From the NCBI RefSeq assembly GCF_000143415.4, contig NW_003314283.1, positions 1,354,330 to 1,418,329 on the forward strand: a stretch of 64,000 bases of DNA. Reading direction: 5' to 3'. Both the position numbers and the translations under genes were made by a program. The stretch is from Selaginella moellendorffii. Its lineage: Eukaryota > Plantae > Lycopodiophyta. The notes under the pieces are model-generated. The model searched no databases. It was not told the origin of the DNA and was given only the letters and a program-made list of their open reading frames with translations. This document shows positions 11,516 through 22,322 of the stretch, piece after piece (within the stretch, counting starts at the first letter, position 1; each line of letters begins with the position of its first letter).

Positions 11516-14470
11516 CTATTGTGCTCTGTCCCTGGAGCACTCCTCGCCAGATGGAACTTGGTAGCACTGCAGTTGAGCTCCGTTCACTGGTGTGGGCAAA
11601 GGATTACCAGCAAAATCCTCCAGCTTGACTGAGCCATTGATATTCACAGCCTTCACGCGATAAGGCCCAATCCAGCGGATCTTAAGCTTTCCCGGACGCT
11701 TCCAGTACTTGCTCTCATACAGTAGCACGAGATCTCCTTCCTGAAAACTCTTAGCCCATAAATGACGATCATACCACTTCTTGCGTTGACGTTGGAGAAC
11801 TTCACGGGCTTGGAAAGCAAGGAGGCAAGTCTCATCCAGCTTCTCCAACTGCTCCAGCCGCTGCTGAACAGCTCCATCCCAGTCATAATTGTGAGCTACC
11901 GCTGTCCGCAAAGAAGGAACTTCCAGCTCGAGAGGAAGGATCGCCTCCTGGCCATAAACCAATTGAAATGGTGAGAACCGTGTAGTTACCTTGTAGGCAA
12001 CCCTGTAAGCCCATAACGCATCAAGAAGCTTGGTATCCCAGTCACTAGCACTTGCATTGCAAAGCTTAGTCATGGTGTCGCATAGTGTCTTATTGGTTCT
12101 CTCAACTTGGCCGTTTGCTCTTGGATGATATGGCGTCGAACGTCGATGGGAAATGCCATACTTGGCTGTGAGAGCTGCAATGACCGCATTAATAAAATGC
12201 GTACCTCGATCACTCACAAGCTCAAGTGGGCATCCGAAGCGCGTGATGATATTCTTGTAGAGGAATCCTGCTACCTTCTCTACCGTGTCCTCAGTAAAAG
12301 CCTCAGCTTCCACCCACTTGGTCACATAGTCTGTGCAGACCAAGATATAACAATTCTGGCGATGTCGCGTAGGCTTGAACGGCCCCATGAAGTCGATTCC
12401 CCACTTCTCAAAAGGTAGAGCTGGAATAATCGGATGTAACGGCATTGCATCTCGTCGAGTAGGACGCCCAACACGCTGGCATGGATCACAACTTCTCACA
12501 AATTTCGCCACATCCTGCTGGAGCGTTGGCCACCAATAACCAGTTTGGAGCACAAGCCGTATAGTCGCTGCTGCCGCATAATGCCCACCGTAGGGAGAAT
12601 CATGGCAAGAGCCAATCACCTGCTGCACCTCATGAGGAAGAATGCAGCGCCTCAGAACACCATCTCTTCCCTCCTTATAAAGCTGGCCAGCAATCAGGGT
12701 GAAAGCTCGTGACTGGAAAAGAAGCCTTTTCTGTGCCACCTTCGGCATATCATCAGGAAATCTGCCAGCAGCCAGAAACTCTGCAATACCTTGATACCAC
12801 TCCGGCACAGCTACAACCTGGTATAACAGTAGCTCCTCAGCTTCTGCTCGAGTTGAGAACATAGCTGGAATTTCTGCAGAAACCTGCCCGCCCTCCAACA
12901 AGAAAAGAGGAGCATCGGGCAGCTCATCATAAACTCCTTCCCTGGCAGGTTCTCCTGGTAATCTCGAAAGATGATCAGGCATTACATGAGATTTTCCCAG
13001 CTTCAACACGATCTCGAATTCGAATTCTTGAAGCAGAAGCAACCAGCGAGTGATTCGGCCGTGTCGACAGGGCTTATTGATAAGATAGCGCAGCGCCTGG
13101 TGATCCAGATAGAAGAGGAATGGCTTTCCCAGCAGATAGTGGCGATATTTGGAAATAGCGAACACCATTCCCAAGCCCTCACGTTCAGTGGCTGTATAAT
13201 TCTTCTCAGCCAGAGATAACTGCCTGCTCGAATAAAAGATGGGATGATCCCAACCATTAACTGGCTGGCATAAAACAGCACCAATAGCAAAAGCTGAGGT
13301 GTCGACATGCACATGGAATTTCAAATTCCAGTCTGGTGGCTTAAGAATTGGAGCGGTCGTCAAGGCTCGCTTCAACTGTACAAAGGAAGCTTGGCACTCA
13401 GGGGTCCACGCAAAAGGAACGTTCTTTTTCAAGAGGCCCGTCAAAGGAAAAGCTACATCGGCATAATGCCGGATAAAGCGTCGGTGATAACCAACATGGC
13501 CGAGAAAAGCTTGTAGCTCCCTCACGGTCTGTGGTGCCTCAAGCTCTTCCACTACGTTCACTTTTGCAGGATCCACCTCCAAGCCTCGAGCCGAGACGAC
13601 CCCGCCAAGCAACACGCCGTGCGTTACTCCGAATTGGCACTTCCCAGGATTAAGAGAAATACCAAACTTCCGGCATTGCTGGAACACTGCACGGAGTTGC
13701 TCCAGATGTTTTCCACAGCTTCCAAAAGCTGAGAAGTCATCCAAGAAGACTTCCACACTCTCATGAAGAAGAGATCTGAATGCTGAAGTCACCACACGTT
13801 GGAAAGTAGCCGGTGCGTTCGTCAAACCGAATGGCATAACACGAAAAATATAGCAGCCCCACTCTGTAACGAATGCTGTCTTTGCTCGATCCTCAGGAGC
13901 CACCTGGATCTGGTTATATCCACTATAACCATCCATAAAGCTGTACAACTCCTTCCCTGCGACCCCATCTAGCACCACATCTGTGAAGGGAAGAGGAAAT
14001 CCATCCCGCCTCGTTGCAGCATTAAGGCGGCGATAATCCACGCACACTCTAAGTTTTCCATTCTTCTTCCGGACCACTACAATTGGCAAGAGCCAATCTG
14101 TAGCCTCCACTTCTTCAATAAATCCTGCATCCAACAGCTTCTGAAGCTCTTCACGCACAGCCTTAGCATAGCTTGGATTCATCTTATAAGCTCTTTGCCG
14201 CTGTGGCACTGCATCTGGAAGCAAGGGAATCTTGTGTTGCACCAGCTCCGGATCTACTCCAGCAAGTTCAGCATAGCTCCATGCGAACACATCTCGAAAC
14301 TCCAAAAATAGTTGACAATAAGCTTCCACCTCCTCCTTGGTGAGTTGGTGTCCCACCAGTAACTCACGTCGCTCGTCACCAACCTGCTCCATAAACACAG
14401 CCTGTGTCTGGGGTGCCCTTCCAAAATAATCTGAATCGACTTGAGAACGCCTTGAGTGGAAGATCAGCAA
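11516..14470 (-). CDS. Retrotransposon Pol (RT, RNase H, integrase)
   Basis: LRVCVDYRRLN, DGYSGYNQI, MPFGLTNAPATFQR, VFLDD, RNase H DTSAFAIGAVL, integrase H..H..C..C, GIDFMGPF, SDRGTHF, TPYHPRANGQVE, WIGPY. Out of frame with the upstream protease ORF. Confidence 0.93.
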   Translation of the reverse strand: MLIFHSRRSQVDSDYFGRAPQTQAVFMEQVGDERRELLVGHQLTKEEVEAYCQLFLEFRDVFAWSYAELAGVDPELVQHKIPLLPDAVPQRQRAYKMNPSYAKAVREELQKLLDAGFIEEVEATDWLLPIVVVRKKNGKLRVCVDYRRLNAATRRDGFPLPFTDVVLDGVAGKELYSFMDGYSGYNQIQVAPEDRAKTAFVTEWGCYIFRVMPFGLTNAPATFQRVVTSAFRSLLHESVEVFLDDFSAFGSCGKHLEQLRAVFQQCRKFGISLNPGKCQFGVTHGVLLGGVVSARGLEVDPAKVNVVEELEAPQTVRELQAFLGHVGYHRRFIRHYADVAFPLTGLLKKNVPFAWTPECQASFVQLKRALTTAPILKPPDWNLKFHVHVDTSAFAIGAVLCQPVNGWDHPIFYSSRQLSLAEKNYTATEREGLGMVFAISKYRHYLLGKPFLFYLDHQALRYLINKPCRHGRITRWLLLLQEFEFEIVLKLGKSHVMPDHLSRLPGEPAREGVYDELPDAPLFLLEGGQVSAEIPAMFSTRAEAEELLLYQVVAVPEWYQGIAEFLAAGRFPDDMPKVAQKRLLFQSRAFTLIAGQLYKEGRDGVLRRCILPHEVQQVIGSCHDSPYGGHYAAAATIRLVLQTGYWWPTLQQDVAKFVRSCDPCQRVGRPTRRDAMPLHPIIPALPFEKWGIDFMGPFKPTRHRQNCYILVCTDYVTKWVEAEAFTEDTVEKVAGFLYKNIITRFGCPLELVSDRGTHFINAVIAALTAKYGISHRRSTPYHPRANGQVERTNKTLCDTMTKLCNASASDWDTKLLDALWAYRVAYKVTTRFSPFQLVYGQEAILPLELEVPSLRTAVAHNYDWDGAVQQRLEQLEKLDETCLLAFQAREVLQRQRKKWYDRHLWAKSFQEGDLVLLYESKYWKRPGKLKIRWIGPYRVKAVNINGSVKLEDFAGNPLPTPVNGAQLQCYQVPSGEECSRDRAQ

Positions 14471-16715
14471 CCTGCTCCTTAAAAAAATAGCTGGGATAAT
14501 TTCCTGCTTCCAAATCAGCTGTTGGCACCACGTCCACGGAAAGTTGATGACCAGCTAGATCTTGAGGTCCATTCCCGATCTCAATTAGCTGAGTTGGTGA
14601 TGACTTGAGCATACTACGATCCTTGCATGTTGTCACTTCCTTGCTTTTTAACCTTGAAGCCTTCTCGACTTTCAGCATGTAAGAAAAGTGATAATCAAAT
14701 GCACTGATATCAGACAAGATGATTGTCCGATATCGATGATTATCATCTTCCACCACCAGAGTACCAGTCACATAGTCGTGACTAGCCTGTACCTGGAAAA
14801 GCCAAGCTGCTCCCAAAGTAACTGGTACGCTGGTCACAGTGCCCTCGATCACATAAAAAGGCACCTCGTGAAAGTCTCCCTCACCAATCACCATGTTGGA
14901 ACTCACGAGACCCAGCACTGGAAAAACTCCACCATCGGCACAAACGGCAATGTAATGCTCAGGAAGAGCTGTAATCGCCAAGCTTGCTTGAGCTGCTCCA
15001 TCTTTTGTCAAAAAGTTGCCAAGTGCTCCTGGATCCACCATTGCTGTGAGTTCCACATTCTCCAAAGATGCTGTGAGATGCATCGCTTTGGTTCCTCCCA
15101 TCCAAACCTCAGAACTGTCCACTGTCTGGAACGCCACTGCCATTGGCATAGCTTGATTTTCAGCTCTTGATTCCAACACCGTGATAAAAACTTGCTCTCT
15201 GGGCTCGTCCCCTTCTTCCATGCCGATCTGCACTCTGTCACTGCCATGTGGATTTGGAATCCACAAGTGAAGCGGATCATTCCACTGATGAGACACTCTT
15301 GCTGCCTTTAAGAAATCTTGTCCTAGCAGGATATAGTTGTCCATTTTCCAAGGTGCCACCAGAAAATCCAAGTCGACTGGAAATTCTGGTATCTTGATTG
15401 TCAAACCTGGAACTCTATATACTATCCGCTTCAACTCCCCTGCTCGCATAGCCCAACATGGCTGCTCCACTGGAATAGCTTCGAACTGGCAAGTGGCAAC
15501 TAGTTCCTCGCTCAAAAAATTGTTCCACACATCAGGATTCAAAATGCCGTCCATCCACTTCTCGTGTAGCACCGTAGCGATGTAGCGAGGAAAAGGGCTC
15601 CGTCCTCGCCACTGTCTGGCACCAGTCTCTTCTTCCACCACCTGTACGCTGCCGAAAGGCAACTCTCCATCCTTTCCCCACAGCCAGCTCTCAAGCTCCT
15701 CAGTGTTGCATGCCGAAAGAGGCTTACCCCAGGAATTCTTGGTGATAGCAGCCACATCCACCATTTCTAGCTCCTCACAACTGGCTGTGCTGCTGCTATC
15801 CTCCTCATCGTCCTCACTGCTTGTCTGGCTACTAGAATTGGATGTATCAGAGCTGTCTTCATCCTCCTGTTCTGCCCCAAGTACTCGCCGTGCCCTATGG
15901 CGAAAATGAACTTGGACTTTAACACGATTATTGCCATCGCCAATGGCAAGAATTCCTGTACGCCAATTATGCACAGCTGCCGCCTGGAGAAGCCAAGGAC
16001 GTCCGAGCAGCAGTGGATAGCCCAACATGCCCTCCTTCATCCTCAAAACCACGAAATCGATGTGGAAAACTAGACCAGCAATCTGAGTGCGAACACTGGT
16101 CACGATTCCTCTTGGCTGGACACGTCTCTGGTCGGCCATTTTAACCATAAATGGCACTGGAACTGGTTCTGGAAGATTGAACTTTCGCCAGGTCTCCTCA
16201 GGCAAAATATTCACCCCACTTCCACCATCGATCACAGCACGACGGATCAGCTCGCCTTGCGTCTCCACATCTATACAAGGGGAACTGAGATCTGTGATAA
16301 GGGGCCAAGCTGAATTAACCAGTACTTCTCGATGTCCCTTCATGGCCACGGCCAACACCTTCCTCATGCCTGGAGCCAATTGCAAAAGCTGGGCGAATGT
16401 GATGTTCGGGCGTTGACTATCCAAGTCTTGAAGAATATTGTACGACTGCGTTTCCAGATTCAGCACTCGTTTCCACTTTTTACGTAGCGCCTTGGCAACT
16501 CCCTGGCCCTTGTCAAGAGCCCTAGCTGGGGTAGTTATTTCAGAATCAGGGACTGGTTTATCTTGGTCATTTGTAGCCGGTGGATCTGATTTGGGCTGCT
16601 TGCTCTCTCTTTTCTCCTTGCGGTTCTTTCTTGCAATTTTCTCTGGGTCATCCTTTTCCTCAGCATCCTCAATTACAGAGTTCTCCATCTGTTGACGCCT
16701 CCATGCCCGTGTCAT
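14376..16715 (-). CDS. Retrotransposon protease region with repeated retropepsin-like domains
   Basis: AVIDGGSGVN...LLLGRPWL, then DLDFLV...ILLGQDFL, then AMVDPGALGNF...VTLGAAWL. Confidence 0.75.
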   Translation of the reverse strand: MTRAWRRQQMENSVIEDAEEKDDPEKIARKNRKEKRESKQPKSDPPATNDQDKPVPDSEITTPARALDKGQGVAKALRKKWKRVLNLETQSYNILQDLDSQRPNITFAQLLQLAPGMRKVLAVAMKGHREVLVNSAWPLITDLSSPCIDVETQGELIRRAVIDGGSGVNILPEETWRKFNLPEPVPVPFMVKMADQRRVQPRGIVTSVRTQIAGLVFHIDFVVLRMKEGMLGYPLLLGRPWLLQAAAVHNWRTGILAIGDGNNRVKVQVHFRHRARRVLGAEQEDEDSSDTSNSSSQTSSEDDEEDSSSTASCEELEMVDVAAITKNSWGKPLSACNTEELESWLWGKDGELPFGSVQVVEEETGARQWRGRSPFPRYIATVLHEKWMDGILNPDVWNNFLSEELVATCQFEAIPVEQPCWAMRAGELKRIVYRVPGLTIKIPEFPVDLDFLVAPWKMDNYILLGQDFLKAARVSHQWNDPLHLWIPNPHGSDRVQIGMEEGDEPREQVFITVLESRAENQAMPMAVAFQTVDSSEVWMGGTKAMHLTASLENVELTAMVDPGALGNFLTKDGAAQASLAITALPEHYIAVCADGGVFPVLGLVSSNMVIGEGDFHEVPFYVIEGTVTSVPVTLGAAWLFQVQASHDYVTGTLVVEDDNHRYRTIILSDISAFDYHFSYMLKVEKASRLKSKEVTTCKDRSMLKSSPTQLIEIGNGPQDLAGHQLSVDVVPTADLEAGNYPSYFFKEQVADLPLKAFSSRFRLFWKGTPDTGCVYGAGW

Positions 16716-16739
16716 AACTCCAGATTCTGGTGCAGCTTG

Positions 16740-18443
16740 CTAGACAAAAATTGCATTGCTTTCTACAACCCCCTTTCCCTTGCTTGGCTTGAGCTTATGC
16801 GGGCAATTGTCCTGCTCGTGCAAACCCTGTGTCTGACAAATTCCACATATGGGCTGGTACCCAATCTGCTTCCTGGGATGTGGACAGTTTGGTGAAATGT
16901 GGCCCATCTCATCGCAATTCCAGCATTGAACAGGTCCTCTACGGGGAGCTCCTCGTCCACGGCCGCCTGGAATTGGTGCTGTTGCATATACTGGAATCAT
17001 ATCTGGCGTATACCCCTGAATCACTGGCTCATAGCTCATGGTCTGGACTGGAGGAGAAAATGGGCGTTGAAAGAAGGTCGGTGCTCGAGCCGAAGATGGT
17101 GGTGATGATGGCGCAGTCTGGATGTAACTTGCAGGGATTGCTGGATTTCCTGGCTTGTAAAAACAATCCTCTGAGCGATGATTAGTTCGCCGGCAATACT
17201 AACACTTCTCTCGATTCACCACTGGCTGTGGACACTCATTTGGGTAGTGTCCATAATTGTTGCATCACACACACCAGATGTTTTCTCACTGCCGCACGGG
17301 CTGTGGCCTGCTCTGTACCCCTCTGACCCAGTTCAATTGCAAGTCACTCATCTTTTTTGTCATGGCTTCCACCATGTCTTCCTTTATTTTCTTCATCTCT
17401 GCTTGGATGTCCACTGTAGTTGCCGTTGGATTTGGAACTGCACTTGTTGAAGCTTGCCATTGTTGCTGTTGTTGGCGGCTATAGTCCATCATCCCAAGAC
17501 CTGTTCCAAAGACTCCAAAAGGCTGCTGTCCAGTAGGTATTTGTTGTTGCGGTGTGCTTCCGAGTCCTCCCATCATGGGATTCATCATTCCATCGCCGAA
17601 AGCTCCCAGTCCAAGATTACTGAAGTGGTGTCTCATCTTGAGTTGCGCTTGCTCCCAGGTTCCCGCCAGACGAATTGCATCGGCCAAAGTTTGTGGATTA
17701 TGGCACGAGACATGAAAGCTAACCGCATGAGGCAAGCCATTTGTGTAATACTGTGCTTGCTCTTCTTCGGTCGGTTGTGGCTGCTTCTTGAGGATCAATC
17801 CCTTGAACCTTAATGTATAGCTTTGTAAACTCTCGCCAGGCAAGAGTTGAAAATGACTCAGATCACTCATGAGTCGCTGTGAAAAGCCTACTGGCCGAAA
17901 GGTAGCCAAAAAGGATGCTCTCAATGCTGCCCAATCTGTCGCTGCTGGAACTTGAGCCATCCATTCTGCAGCTACGCCCTGTAATATGGCTGGAAAAAGT
18001 TTCCTGCGATCTGCTGCATCTGCCTCATCATTTGCTGTAGACGTATTCTCAAACGCCGTCACATGGGCATCTGGATCTCCCATACCATTAAAGATGGTAT
18101 ACTTCATTTTTGTCGTTGCCATATTGCCTGCTTGTTGCTGTCGAGGTTGTTGTACTTGTTGGATTGGTGGTTGCTGTTGCTGCTCTATTGGCTGTTGTCG
18201 TGGCGGTGACGACTGGAACTCCTGCCACTCGTCTTCTTGTTCCTGATTGTTCTCCTGCTCGCTAACAGGACTGCTTGGCCGAGGATTTGCACTCCTCGCT
18301 CTTGGACTCTCAGGCTCATGAACCAGTGGCAGATTTCTCGCAAGAATTCTTGCCTCTCTCTCACGTCTCTGCTTTGTTCGTCTTTCCTCTCGCTCTTGTG
18401 CTTCTACAAGTCTTGCCAAATACTCTTGTCTTCTTTGGCTCAT
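16740..18443 (-). pseudogene. Retrotransposon Gag with three zinc knuckles, interrupted by two in-frame TGA
   Basis: Retrotrans_gag-like core (F.G.GDPD.H..AFE, W..LR..FL..F). In the same frame: WCV*CNNYGHYPNEC, CWNCDEMGHISPNC and CGICQTQGLHEQDNC. Stops at 17286-17288 and 17265-17267. Confidence 0.85.
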
Positions 18444-18534
18444 ACACCAAGAAGGAACGGCCTCGATTTGGTAAGGGCAGCCCGGCTTCTCCTGGCGCTC
18501 ACCCTTCTACCACAATCTCCACGCTCGCTTCGCT

Positions 18535-18551
18535 TCCCGGGCAGTGCACCA
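18535..18551 (-). other. Primer-binding site (TGGTGCACTGCCCGGGA), probably tRNA-Gly type
   Basis: Begins TGG 5 nt inside the 5' LTR. Complementary to a 3' end ...UCCCGGGCAGUGCACCA, which resembles eukaryotic tRNA-Gly acceptor/T arms. Confidence 0.65.
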
Positions 18552-18556
18552 AAAGA

Positions 18557-19022
18557 TGTCGCTCCTCGCAACAACACACCAGCGACGTGGAGAATCACTG
18601 CTGCCTAGCCTCGTCTCTAGCCTCGTCAGCGACCTCTGCTAGAACCTCTGCCAACATCCTAACCCAGGGCTGCCCACAAGTCGGACAACTCACACAGATT
18701 GGTTGATCTTGAGCAATTCTCGCTATGATACGCTCCTCGAACAACCGTAGTCGCCGCTGCACTGCCAACCTCCGCTCCACGCGCTCCAAGGCTGTTGGAC
18801 GAGGCATCCTTCCAAGACCTTCTCTTTAATTCACTCCCTTCCCTTCTACACACATGCTATGCCTCCAATTGGCCGTCCCCCCTATCGTCAACCTCTGGCA
18901 CCAAGGGACGCACCCTGTTTTCAGCAGAATATTCCCTTATTCCCCCCACTATAACCAAAAAAGAAGGAAAAAACCCCGACTTGGACCAAGTCTTATTCTT
19001 GAGCTGGCTCTGGCCCTCGACA
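18557..19022 (-). repeat. 5' LTR
   Basis: TG...CA, followed by the TSD GTTTT at 19023-19027. Confidence 0.95.
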
Positions 19023-19068
19023 GTTTTAGTGGTGCTGTGAGTGACGACGCCACGGCTAAGGTCACAAG

Positions 19069-20830
19069 ACAGGTGGATTGGAGCGAAGCTCTTCGACTGC
19101 CAGAAGAAGTGCAGGGCTTTCTACTTGGAAGGTCAACTTTCACTTCCTGTAGCTAACAACTGTGGTGTCTCTATCTCAAGATGCCCATTATGCTACCTTT
19201 CCGGATTGGTCAGTCGGACTATTCCCACTGTGCTCAACTTAAAGAGCAGCTCGAGAAGGCTGAAAGTATAGGCCGCCGTTGCGTTATCGTCTCCGGTGCC
19301 TATGGATGCGGGTTTTCTGTGTAAGTAGCTTCATAATGACTTGCATGAGATAGATTTTATTTCGTTGTCGCTGGTAACAGTGGGTCTCAAGATCTCGAAC
19401 ACTTAATCACCTTGGTGAAGGCCGAAAGCTTTTTGTTTTGTGCTCCATACCTGGAGCTGTCAAGGCACCGAAGGAAAGCCTTGAAGAGTTCGCCTTACCA
19501 TCGTCCGGGTGCTTATGACGTTGCTACTGCCTGCAGAATGAAGATTTACCTCTACTGCAAGAGTAAGGAGATCATGTCGCGGCAGTGGCTGCCATGCAAA
19601 GGTCTAGTACAGGGAGATGACGTTCCTCTACTGCCTTTTACGAGTTTTTCAGGAGCGTGGTGATGAAGTTCTGATGTGGGCTCTCAGTTGGAGCCTGTCC
19701 CACGCTAACTCGCCTCCGTACCCATACCAACTATTGCTCTTGAAGGCGATGCTCAACGAGGGCTACAAGTATTGATCGACGTCAAGGGGTGGCTACGTGC
19801 CTCTTGCACACTGCCTGGAAGATCCCTGCAGAGTGAATGCAAGTCGAAAGCATGTAGTCCTACTCTCAGGCACAGGGTACATATTGGACTTCGAGCTTAT
19901 GTCAGATACCGACTTTATGAACTTTGGCATATGGAAGAGCGCCCCAGACATGGTAAGCTATGCTGGACAGGCTATAGAACTAACAGAAGAGGAGGAAGCT
20001 GGAGAATGGATAAAGTCTTTTGAGGAAAGTTTCAGCCACTGGCATCTGTTTTGGAAATCATGATCTTTAAGGACGTGAGCCTGCGGGAGGCCGCTGCTTA
20101 TGTCGCTGTGGGGAGTTACGTCAGCCAATGAAGATATTCACGTTCTATGATGGGGTTTCCATGTTGGGGGAGACGGAAGGCATTGCCGATGGAGTAAATC
20201 TCATTGAGGAACTCGAGACGGTTGTAGTGCAATACTTCTGTGCTGGAGAGGGCTGCGTTTTCAGGGGCAACAAGGCTGCATTGTCTGAGGCTGGCCTGGA
20301 TGGACAGCTGCGGGGTTTAGTGTTCACCTGGATGAGTACCTGACTCTTGCTGCACCCAGGAGCTACTTTCAATATCAATACCAGGCAAAGGGATTTTTGC
20401 TGCAATGAAAGTGGTTGCGGTTGTCAACTGTTGTGCCTTTCCCGTCAGGCCCGGGTTTGTGCCTGAAGAACTTGGTAGCTCTATCACTCGAGAACATGTG
20501 GGTTAAATACGGGGGACAGCCACTTATCAGACGCTGAAGGCTAACGGCTGCCCTCAAGCGTTTGAAGAGGAAGGGTCGAGTCATGAAAGGTTGGATGGAT
20601 GCATTCGTTTGTTTTAATGTCGACGACTCAGAAGTCTTTCTTGCGGATGAAGCAATCTGCACAACATGGATCTCAGGAGAAAACACTATAGTGCAAGGCA
20701 TCCGATCTGAAAGGGATGAAGATCCGGAGGTGTATGTGATACACATTTTGGAGCAGTATGAGTTTGTTACAAAGCCACTGAGCTTGTGAAGACCGGTTCT
20801 GACGTAAGATTTCTACTTACGGGAATTTAA
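19069..20830 (+). pseudogene. Degenerate coding region of unknown family (copy A)
   Basis: Coding-like GC content and fragmented + strand ORFs (GYILDFELMSDTDFMNFGIWKS; VFLADEAICTTWISGE). Near-identical to 25141-26869 but with different frameshifts. Confidence 0.5.
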
Positions 20831-22177
20831 CTTAAACCTATCATACATAAGCACTGATTTTGCTCGTTGCGGATGCTCATGAAAGATTAACATGGGTCAT
20901 TTTTTTATTAGTTTGAAAATAATTCTAGAGACCCTATAAAAGCAAAGTGTTCAAACTATCAAAAGCTTGCCACCAAAAAGAAGAATAGATCCAAAGTAAA
21001 ACAGAATGATGATTTGTATAAATTGAATTTTGTAAATGCTAGAGCCACCATATTAAGATTAAATTTCTAAATTAGTTTAATCTTGGACTAAATTAATTTC
21101 TAAAAACACTATAAAAATAGAGTTTCTAGGACTTTATGTCCAACACATTCTTCTTTTCCTTTGTCCATTTTCAATACTTTTTATCATGCGTTCTTCTTTT
21201 TACAACGATGATAGTTTCAACACTCTCTGATTGATGGCTTTTCCTATCAAGCATTGGAGTAATCAAACACAGCTATTTACTTATAATTCTAATTGTCAAG
21301 TGCTCTTTATTGATAAAAGTGGATTCTACAAAAATATTAATCAAATATCAAAATAATGAAGAAAAAATGAATTTGTATTAAATAGTCTACAAAATTATCA
21401 AAAACTTAATTTTATGGCTCTAAAAGTAATATAATCCAACCCTCAGCTAATTCATAAAAACTTAATATGTGTATGACCAAGTAACCTTAGCCCTTTGGTA
21501 ATGGGCTCAAGATTTATTATAGATGGGCATTTAAGATTACTATTAACCTATATAATCCTCAATAAATATAAAGAAATGGCAAATATATAACATTAGCAAT
21601 TGATATGCCAATAAAGTTTTATGGTATATAGTATGAGTTCTATTGCTTCCTCAATTAAGTAAGATTTTAGATTGATATACAACTTAGTCAATATTCCACT
21701 TCCAACAAGATTGAGAAATGTCAATAACCCACATCAAGAATTAGGTCAATATTACATGGATGCTTATAGATATTCAAGTGTCTGGGGGAGTCTAGCAATT
21801 CATTATGCTTAGATTCAATCTTAGATCTTAGATTCAAGCTTGGATGAGCTGCTGGTTATGGTTATGAGTGGAAGTGTTAAAGGTAGAAATGTGGCAGTAA
21901 CTTTCTTTCAAAGCTTATATCTACTTATGATGGTGTTTATGCTAATGGTTTGTTTCTTTAATTAGTGTTTTTACCTCTGCCTTATCTACAAGGATGTGCA
22001 TGATTTGATGTTTTCACTCATTTCCATCTTTCTTATAGACATGAAGCACGATGTTTTTATGCTAAGGTTAGCAAACAAATAATGGACAGCAATGACTACA
22101 ACATTCCAGGCTCCTTAGAGATCACAAGCACTAGGCCGTTTATCTTAAGTTTCTCTTTTTTGCAGGCAGAAAGTTTC

Positions 22178-22322
22178 TCCAATGTACTTGATCTTCCCTT
22201 CTTGGACGAGCTCGCCTATCAATAAAGCCAATGCTTCAAGATCAAAACACGAAAATTTCTGTGAACCATTGGCTTTGTTGATGGGTGAGCTCGTCCAAGA
22301 AGGGAAGATCAATTACATTGGA
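22178..22322 (+). repeat. Foldback inverted repeat derived from an aldo-keto reductase exon
   Basis: Arms 22178-22233 and 22267-22322 are near-perfect reverse complements. The right arm translates as LMGELVQEGKINYIG, matching the AKR motif L..EGK.+YIGLSE. Confidence 0.8.

Larger units (their letters stand above)
11039..19022 (-). mobile_element. Full-length Ty3/gypsy LTR retrotransposon, non-chromovirus type (Athila/Tat-related; possibly the lycophyte Selgy-type lineage)
   Basis: Two ~465-bp TG...CA LTRs (11039-11503, 18557-19022), 5-bp TSD GTTTT on both sides, a PBS next to the right LTR, domain order gag-PR-RT-RH-IN, GPY module, no chromodomain. Confidence 0.95.

Noticed and set aside
14470-14495. 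T7 run as a programmed -1 frameshift between the protease ORF and pol
   Set aside because: Pol is in the +1 frame and the -1 frame hits TAA at once. A mutational indel is more likely.
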